From the NCBI GenBank assembly GCA_021159235.1, contig JAGGSF010000080.1, positions 1-40,051 of the forward strand: a stretch of DNA of 40,051 nt, given 5' to 3'. The notes under the pieces were generated by a model, which was not told the origin of the DNA, made no database searches, and was given only the letters and a program-made list of their open reading frames with translations. The DNA comes from Deltaproteobacteria bacterium. GTDB taxonomy: Bacteria > Campylobacterota_A > Desulfurellia > JAGGSF01. Both the position numbers and the translations under genes were made by a program. Every line of letters starts with the position of its first letter. The stretch's first letter is position 1. Of the stretch, positions 34,326 to 40,051 are shown in pieces.

Positions 34326-37238
34326 TTAAAATAAATGCAAGGGAAAGGTTAAGGTTCTCTTTATCACGTTTAACATGCCTTTGCTCAAGGAGGTTATGGG
34401 AACGGGATAAGCTGTCATCTTGCCTTCGATTTTACCTTTCACACGGAATGATAAACCGGTAAAGCTCTTCTCTTTCCCGCCTATAATCCATCCTAAGACA
34501 GGAATAGAGGAGATGATTCTATTTATAGTTCTAAATGTAGTGAAGGTAACAATACCATTTATATATTTGTCTGAAAGTCTGTAATCTCCTGCGAAAAATA
34601 TATCCAGTTCTTTCCCCCTTATTATCAATGGATTTTCATCTTCTATACTGAGTAAACCATTATTCAACTTTATACTGGCAAAAATCTCCTTATAAACCAG
34701 TCCTTCTTTTATCTGTGGGAAATTTAGAGTAAGAAACTCGGCAATGTTTGTTACGCTAAATACTTTATACAGTGCAGGAAAATGCTTTATCTCTCCTTTT
34801 TTTGCCTCAATATTTATCTCTCCTTCTACATTGTTTAAATTGATTTCTCTACTTGTTTTTACATACCCTCTTCCCTGAACATATTCCGTTTCCACAGAGG
34901 AGGCAAAGAGTTGCCTGAATAAAGTATTGTCTCTAAAGGCAAAGCGAATAATGGGCTGTTTTTCAAGATTTACAGTGCAAACAAAGAGAAAATAAGGAGC
35001 AAAGGAACGAATATAGAGTGTACTTTCTTCAAAGTTCACATTCGCACATACATCTTTCATTGTGGCTGTCATCTCTTCATTTTCAAACCTTAACCTTTTA
35101 ATGGCAACATTCACATAGAATGAAACATTTTCAGGAATAGAGGGAAGAATAATTTTTCTCTTTTTATCAGAAAACAGCAGAAAATTGTCTGTTTTTACAT
35201 CACCCAGAAAAACATAATGCTTGTTTCTTTTTTTTCCATCCACCGAAAATGTCAACTTGTTGCCTTCGTATACCATCTTGCCTTCGGGAATATATATATG
35301 ATTTTTTTGCGAATACACGGTGAATGAAGCATCATCTATACCCCATTCTGTCTTTAATTTCTCCACATCTAATTTTCCCTCTATCTGAGGATACAGATTT
35401 ATAGAACCAGAAATTAAAGCGGACTTTACTGGAAACTGATACTGGATGAGCTTTTGCAGAGAAGCAGGGTTGAAACGATTGAACGTTAAATGACAGAAGA
35501 CAGGCTCAAATTCTCTGGACAGTTTCATTTCTCCTTCCATCTGCCCGGATTTGTCCCTTACAATGAAATGCTCGATATTGGTATAATTTTCAGTATGCTT
35601 GCCACAAACAGAAACGAGGAGGCCATCTTCAGTGGTAAATTTTACAGTAAAAGAATATCTCTTGAAGTCTCCCTCAACTGTAAGATCCCCTGAAAGGGCA
35701 GTATCTATGTTGAGATATTGGGGAAAATACCGCTTTGATAAGATGTTGCTGTCTTTTTGGTTCAACTTTGCCTTAGCCTTAATGAAAAATCTTTCTTCAG
35801 GAAACACCATTGATGCATGGTCTATAAAAATCTTAGAGCTGTATATACCGCAATTACCTTTATCAACCAGTACAGAAATGGTTGAAGGCGGGATTCTTTT
35901 TATCTCCCAGTTTCCATCTGTATATTTGATATAAGGGAAATTTTTACTTTTTACAGAGGTATTCTTTAAGTTTAGTTTTACATCGTAGGGAAAGTAGGGA
36001 TGAGAGTGCCACTGATAATTCTTTAAAGAAACAACAGAAAGAACATATCCTTTGAATTCTACATCTCCAGCCCTTGATAGGATATCATCTGGAACAACAA
36101 CAAATTTAAGAAAATCTATTGCTTTCTTATCTATTTGTCCCTCAAGTTTTAAAAGCATATCGCAGGGGTAATACTTTTTTCTATGTATGATGAGTTTAGA
36201 GCCCTTTTTCACCTCTATTTTGCTAAATTTTCCCTTTTTTACATCAACAGTTAATTTCCCCGGGGTTATATCTATATTTGCAGATACATTTCTGAAGAAA
36301 TCCGTATGTTCCTCTACCCTGAAAGAGAGACTGTTCACCGCCATCTTTCCTGTTTTAACTACATTCGGAGAATCTGTTTTACCTTTCAGGTGAAGTTTAT
36401 CTATCTTTATACTGTAAGATAAAAGGTAATTCTCATAAACCTCAGGCAATTCAGGACTTATATATGAAACAATGGGATCTATCTCTTTCTTTTCTATAAA
36501 CGGTGTAGATACATCAAGAGAAACAGATTTTTCTTTAAAGTTTACATTCCCCCTTATCTTATATCCGTTCTCGGATGAAAGGTAAATATCCTTCAACGAT
36601 TTCTCATCTATATCTGCCTTAGCCTTTAAACCTTCAAGAGAAAGCGAAATCCACTTCAGATAACGAGCAGAAAGAATGATTTTTCCGTGAGAAAAGTCAG
36701 TCTGACCCCGATAGTAAAACTCAGCATCATCTACCTTTATATTTTCTCCCCAAACAGAGCCTGAAAAGTAAAATTTTATTCTTTCCCCTAAGTGGGCTTT
36801 TACTCTTCCACAGGCATCAATCTTTCTTATTTCATCCCTTACCGAGACATGTTCAACAACTATATTTAAAAGATAGGGAATCTCTAATCTTCCTTTTTTT
36901 ACTTTTTTTGTTATATTTACATTCGCTTTTTCTATATGAACACTGCTTACAAATTTCTTTCCCGAGATAACCGACAAAACTGCTTGAAAGGGAGAAATCC
37001 TGCTTTCTATGTGTTCAGCGGTAATACTATCTACAGACAACCTTCTTATAGCAATAACAAGATATGGAAAATGGGAAGAACATCTTACATCTTCCAATTT
37101 TATGTTTTTTGAAACCGCCTTTTCTTTAATCAATTTTTCCGCATAATTGGGTAAGAAAAACTGCCAGCTCAGAAATCCAGCTAAAATCAGAACAGTTAGA
37201 ACAAAAATAACAATCCTTAGGAACTTAAACTTACGCAT
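34326..37238 (-). CDS. Large envelope protein, AsmA/YhdP(TamB)-like
   Basis: 970 aa. It has a single N-terminal TM anchor (FLRIVIFVLTVLILAGFLSW), a long beta-rich, repeat-like body, and a C-terminal segment (GLSFRVKGKIEGKMTAYPVPITSL...) reminiscent of YhdP/AsmA C-termini. The family call is by architecture only. Confidence 0.5.
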   Translation of the reverse strand: MRKFKFLRIVIFVLTVLILAGFLSWQFFLPNYAEKLIKEKAVSKNIKLEDVRCSSHFPYLVIAIRRLSVDSITAEHIESRISPFQAVLSVISGKKFVSSVHIEKANVNITKKVKKGRLEIPYLLNIVVEHVSVRDEIRKIDACGRVKAHLGERIKFYFSGSVWGENIKVDDAEFYYRGQTDFSHGKIILSARYLKWISLSLEGLKAKADIDEKSLKDIYLSSENGYKIRGNVNFKEKSVSLDVSTPFIEKKEIDPIVSYISPELPEVYENYLLSYSIKIDKLHLKGKTDSPNVVKTGKMAVNSLSFRVEEHTDFFRNVSANIDITPGKLTVDVKKGKFSKIEVKKGSKLIIHRKKYYPCDMLLKLEGQIDKKAIDFLKFVVVPDDILSRAGDVEFKGYVLSVVSLKNYQWHSHPYFPYDVKLNLKNTSVKSKNFPYIKYTDGNWEIKRIPPSTISVLVDKGNCGIYSSKIFIDHASMVFPEERFFIKAKAKLNQKDSNILSKRYFPQYLNIDTALSGDLTVEGDFKRYSFTVKFTTEDGLLVSVCGKHTENYTNIEHFIVRDKSGQMEGEMKLSREFEPVFCHLTFNRFNPASLQKLIQYQFPVKSALISGSINLYPQIEGKLDVEKLKTEWGIDDASFTVYSQKNHIYIPEGKMVYEGNKLTFSVDGKKRNKHYVFLGDVKTDNFLLFSDKKRKIILPSIPENVSFYVNVAIKRLRFENEEMTATMKDVCANVNFEESTLYIRSFAPYFLFVCTVNLEKQPIIRFAFRDNTLFRQLFASSVETEYVQGRGYVKTSREINLNNVEGEINIEAKKGEIKHFPALYKVFSVTNIAEFLTLNFPQIKEGLVYKEIFASIKLNNGLLSIEDENPLIIRGKELDIFFAGDYRLSDKYINGIVTFTTFRTINRIISSIPVLGWIIGGKEKSFTGLSFRVKGKIEGKMTAYPVPITSLSKGMLNVIKRTLTFPLHLF

Positions 37239-37268
37239 GCATTATATACTAATGCACTTATATCCAGT

Positions 37269-38762
37269 TTACAATGTTTTCTTCAGTAAAAACAAAAGGG
37301 GTAAAAGACCGAGAAAAATAAGAGAATTAATGAAAAAAGCATCATTGTAGGCAAGCATGGAGGATTGTTTTCCCAGTTCCTGATAGATAAGGTAATGTGC
37401 CTGATGTGTAGAGAGGTGCAGAAGATGAGATATTTTGTCTGTAGCTTGATGAAAAACTATGTTGGCAGGATTAAATTGTTCTGAAAGACGAAAATGATGA
37501 AATTGTGTTCTGTGAGAAAAGATGTTGCTGACAAAGGCAACACCAAAACTTCCACCCAAACTGCGCAAAAAATTGAATATTGCGGTGGCATTACCCATAA
37601 CCTCTCTCTTTATCCCCATAAATGTAACTACGGCTAAAGGAGTAAAGAAGAAAGCGAGACCTGCTCCCTGAATAATTCGGGGATAAACTATACTCCAGAA
37701 ATCTGCATATAGATTAAAATGCGCCATAAGGTTTAAGGCATGAGCATTTAAAATGATGGCAACAGCTAAAAGGATGCGGCAATCTATTTTTCTGGTAAGA
37801 AGTCCCACCATGGGCAAAAGGATGATTTCAGCTATACCTGCCGGACCTAAGACCAACCCTGCCCAGAGTGCGGTATAGTTCATAAGTTTCTGCACATACA
37901 TGGGAAGGAGAACAACACTGCCAAAAAAGGCAAAAAATCCTGAAAATGCAATCAAACAACCCGAACTATAGGAGAGCTCTTTAAATATTTTTAAATTGAC
38001 AATAGGCTGTTTTACCTTCAACTCATTTATAATAAATCCCGCAAAAAAGATAACGGAGACAACGAGGAGACAAACAATTAAAGAGGAACTGAACCAGTCT
38101 TTGATCTCTCCTCTATCCAGCATTATCTGCAAACAGGTTACACCTATTATCATAAAGATAAATCCTGACCAGTCTATTTTTGTTATATGTTGGCGAATAT
38201 AGGGAGGATCAAAGATAAACAGAGATATGAGGATGATGCTAATGATGCATACAGGTATGTTGATATAGAATATCCAGGGCCATCCCCAGTTATCCGTAAT
38301 CCATCCCCCTAAGATAGGACCGACGATAGGAGCAACTACAATACCCATACTGAATATGGCCATTGCCATACCGTATTCCTTCTTGGGAAATGACTCCAAC
38401 AGAATAGACTGAGAGAGTGGCTGCATTCCTCCACCCCCTAAACCTTGCAGTGTTCTAAATAGAACCAGTAGGGTTAAGCTTTTAGACATGCCGCAGGCCA
38501 GAGAACTGATGGCAAAAAGCGAAACCGAAAAGAGAAGATAATTCTTACGGCCAAAGACATTGGACAACCAACCAGCAGATAAAATGGTGATGGCAGTGGC
38601 TACAATGTATAAAGTGAGAACCCATGTAACCTCATTCAAACTAACATTTAAAGAACCCTGAATATGCGGCAGTGAGACATTCACCACCGTAGAATCCATG
38701 ATCATCATGAATGTGGGCAACATAACGGTGATGGTTACAAGCCATTTGTTTACCTGTTTCAT
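37269..38762 (-). CDS. emrB: MFS efflux permease, DHA2 (EmrB/QacA) family
   Basis: 497 aa with about 14 TM segments. N-terminal [24 protein letters not shown] is typical of EmrB. ATGA overlap with the upstream HlyD-family gene. Confidence 0.88.
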   Translation of the reverse strand: MKQVNKWLVTITVMLPTFMMIMDSTVVNVSLPHIQGSLNVSLNEVTWVLTLYIVATAITILSAGWLSNVFGRKNYLLFSVSLFAISSLACGMSKSLTLLVLFRTLQGLGGGGMQPLSQSILLESFPKKEYGMAMAIFSMGIVVAPIVGPILGGWITDNWGWPWIFYINIPVCIISIILISLFIFDPPYIRQHITKIDWSGFIFMIIGVTCLQIMLDRGEIKDWFSSSLIVCLLVVSVIFFAGFIINELKVKQPIVNLKIFKELSYSSGCLIAFSGFFAFFGSVVLLPMYVQKLMNYTALWAGLVLGPAGIAEIILLPMVGLLTRKIDCRILLAVAIILNAHALNLMAHFNLYADFWSIVYPRIIQGAGLAFFFTPLAVVTFMGIKREVMGNATAIFNFLRSLGGSFGVAFVSNIFSHRTQFHHFRLSEQFNPANIVFHQATDKISHLLHLSTHQAHYLIYQELGKQSSMLAYNDAFFINSLIFLGLLPLLFLLKKTL

Positions 38763-39724
38763 TTTGAAAGAATAGTCACCTTAGCGGACATGCCTATCCT
38801 CAAAGGAGGGACATCTTCACAGAAAACAATCTTTACCGGCACCCTCTGCACAACCTTTATCCAATTTCCGGAAGCATTTTCTGGAGGAAAGAGGGAAAAT
38901 GCTGCTCCTGTTCCTGCCATAATGCTTTCTACATAACCATGAAATCTCTTTTTGGGATAAGCATCTATTTTTATTATTGCCTTTAAGCCTTTTTTTATGT
39001 GATGAAGTTTTGTTTCCTTGTAATTTGCCTCTATCCATACCTCCTTTGTGTTTACCAGAGAAAGAAGAGGCACTCCTGTTTTAACATAGTTTCCCACCTC
39101 CACACCCTTTTTAACTACAAACCCGTCTGCCGGTGCATAAATACGGGTATAATCTTTATTCAGCAATGCCTCATTCAGTTCTGCTCTTTTCTGTTTGATT
39201 AGACTTTTTTGAACGGCAAAGAGGGCTTTTTTCTGATTCAAGGTTTCTTTGACAAAACTGTATTCTGCCTGTGCTATTTTAAATCTGGTAAGCATATGTT
39301 CATAATTTTGTTTAGATAAGGCATCTCTCTGATAGAGATTCCTTGCCCTTTTCCAATCCCATTGAGTTTGTTCAAGTTTTGCCTTCTTTAAGGTAAGCTG
39401 AGCTAAGGTTGCATCTATCTCTTTTTTTATTTCGTTCAATCGTTTCTCTTCTAAATTCAACGATGCCTCTTTTTCTTTTACCTTTATTTCGAACGGCTTT
39501 CTATCCAGAACAATGAGCAGTTCGCCTTTTTTCACCCATTGATTTTCTTCCACCAATACTTCTTTTACCACTCCACTTACCCTTGAGCTGATCCAGTGAA
39601 TGTGTCCATGAACATAGGCATTAGTTGTAGAAATGTGTGTTTTTTTGTAATGCAAACCATAGATTAAACCAAGGACTACAAACAGCAAGAAGACAACAGC
39701 AAAGGGAATCTTCTTTTTCTTCAT
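38759..39724 (-). CDS. emrA: HlyD-family membrane fusion protein (EmrA-like)
   Basis: 321 aa. It has an N-terminal TM anchor, a lipoyl-like hairpin (GVVKEVLVEENQWVKKGELL), a coiled coil, and a beta-barrel domain. Confidence 0.88.
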   Translation of the reverse strand: MKKKKIPFAVVFLLFVVLGLIYGLHYKKTHISTTNAYVHGHIHWISSRVSGVVKEVLVEENQWVKKGELLIVLDRKPFEIKVKEKEASLNLEEKRLNEIKKEIDATLAQLTLKKAKLEQTQWDWKRARNLYQRDALSKQNYEHMLTRFKIAQAEYSFVKETLNQKKALFAVQKSLIKQKRAELNEALLNKDYTRIYAPADGFVVKKGVEVGNYVKTGVPLLSLVNTKEVWIEANYKETKLHHIKKGLKAIIKIDAYPKKRFHGYVESIMAGTGAAFSLFPPENASGNWIKVVQRVPVKIVFCEDVPPLRIGMSAKVTILSK

Positions 39725-39731
39725 TTACATA

Positions 39732-39760
39732 TACATAACAAACTCAAACAGCTTCGTCAA
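39732..39760 (-). promoter_or_regulatory. Promoter candidate abutting the emrA start codon (possible leaderless transcript)
   Basis: Minus strand: TTGACG (39760-39755), 17 nt, TATGTA (39737-39732), then 7 nt to the ATG at 39724. No SD. Confidence 0.3.
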
Positions 39761-39793
39761 TTAAGAGTTGTCATTACAAATTTTAAAATTTTC

Positions 39794-39822
39794 TTGATTC
39801 ATTGAGAGTGCTTAAGTATACT
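39794..39822 (+). promoter_or_regulatory. Sigma70-like promoter candidate for hppA
   Basis: TTGATT (39794-39799), 17 nt, TATACT (39817-39822), about 50 nt upstream of the ATG at 39872. Confidence 0.4.
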
Positions 39823-39871
39823 CTGTTTTCGTGTTAATCATATTTTTTTATGAGCAAAGAGAGGTGAGTTA

Positions 39872-40051
39872 ATGGAGAGCATGGTGTTTTATGCACCGTT
39901 GTTAGGTGTCGTAGGCTTGTTTATTGCGTGGATGATTTTCACTTATGTAAGGAAACAACCGATGGGTAATCCCTGCATGCGGGAGATTGCCGGTCTTGTT
40001 CGTGTAGGCGCAACTGCGTTTTTGAAGAGGGAATACACTGCTTTATCTATC
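39872..40051 (+). CDS. hppA: Partial CDS: membrane-bound proton/sodium-translocating pyrophosphatase, N-terminus
   Basis: My own translation is MESMVFYAPLLGVVGLFIAWMIFTYVRKQPMGNPCMREIAGLVRVGATAFLKREYTALSI. It shows the conserved H+-PPase N-terminal pattern (TM1, then M.EI...I..GA.AFL.REY). GAGAGGTGA SD. The frame is open to the right edge. Confidence 0.8.
   Translation, partial: MESMVFYAPLLGVVGLFIAWMIFTYVRKQPMGNPCMREIAGLVRVGATAFLKREYTALSI

Overview
This is a densely packed, AT-rich chromosomal segment. It probably comes from a diderm bacterium with an anaerobe- or thermophile-like gene repertoire: LptD, an AsmA/YhdP-like protein, H+-PPase, COG1900 homocysteine synthesis, GH57 and TreT-like enzymes. 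I call 38 protein-coding genes (2 truncated at the window edges) and 6 tRNAs at three loci: Gln-Glu, Leu, and Gly-Cys-Leu. There is one clear intrinsic terminator and a set of sigma70-like promoter candidates. I saw no rRNA, CRISPR array, transposase, integrase, phage gene or recognisable defence gene. Content is mostly housekeeping and falls into modules. (1) Compatible-solute and alpha-glucan metabolism: a GT4 gene next to GH65 phosphorylase and beta-phosphoglucomutase; DUF4912 plus a GH57 branching enzyme; and an otsA / unknown / TreT-like / otsB string fused behind thrC. (2) A sulfur/methionine/SAM theme: COG1900 plus NIL-ferredoxin homocysteine synthesis, thrC, and metK-ahcY. (3) A phosphate module: mrp, DUF47 (PhoU-like), PiT and Ppx/GppA. 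(4) Envelope and efflux: lptD, emrAB and an AsmA-like giant protein. (5) Translation: def-fmt behind two tRNAs. The best candidate for an undescribed system is a three-gene cassette at 19689-22495 with tightly abutting or overlapping genes and its own promoter. It encodes a KamA-family radical SAM aminomutase-like enzyme (with a non-lysine-type active-site substitution as far as I can align by eye), an unassignable Rossmann-like protein, and a MoeA-like molybdopterin-binding-domain protein. Its partners match no pathway I know. A second point of interest is an unassignable 212-aa ORF wedged between two trehalose synthase genes. There is also a recurrent leaderless-mRNA-like promoter architecture, and tRNAs serve as 5' leaders of mRNA operons. 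All functional calls come from motif recognition by eye on the supplied translations; no database search was run.
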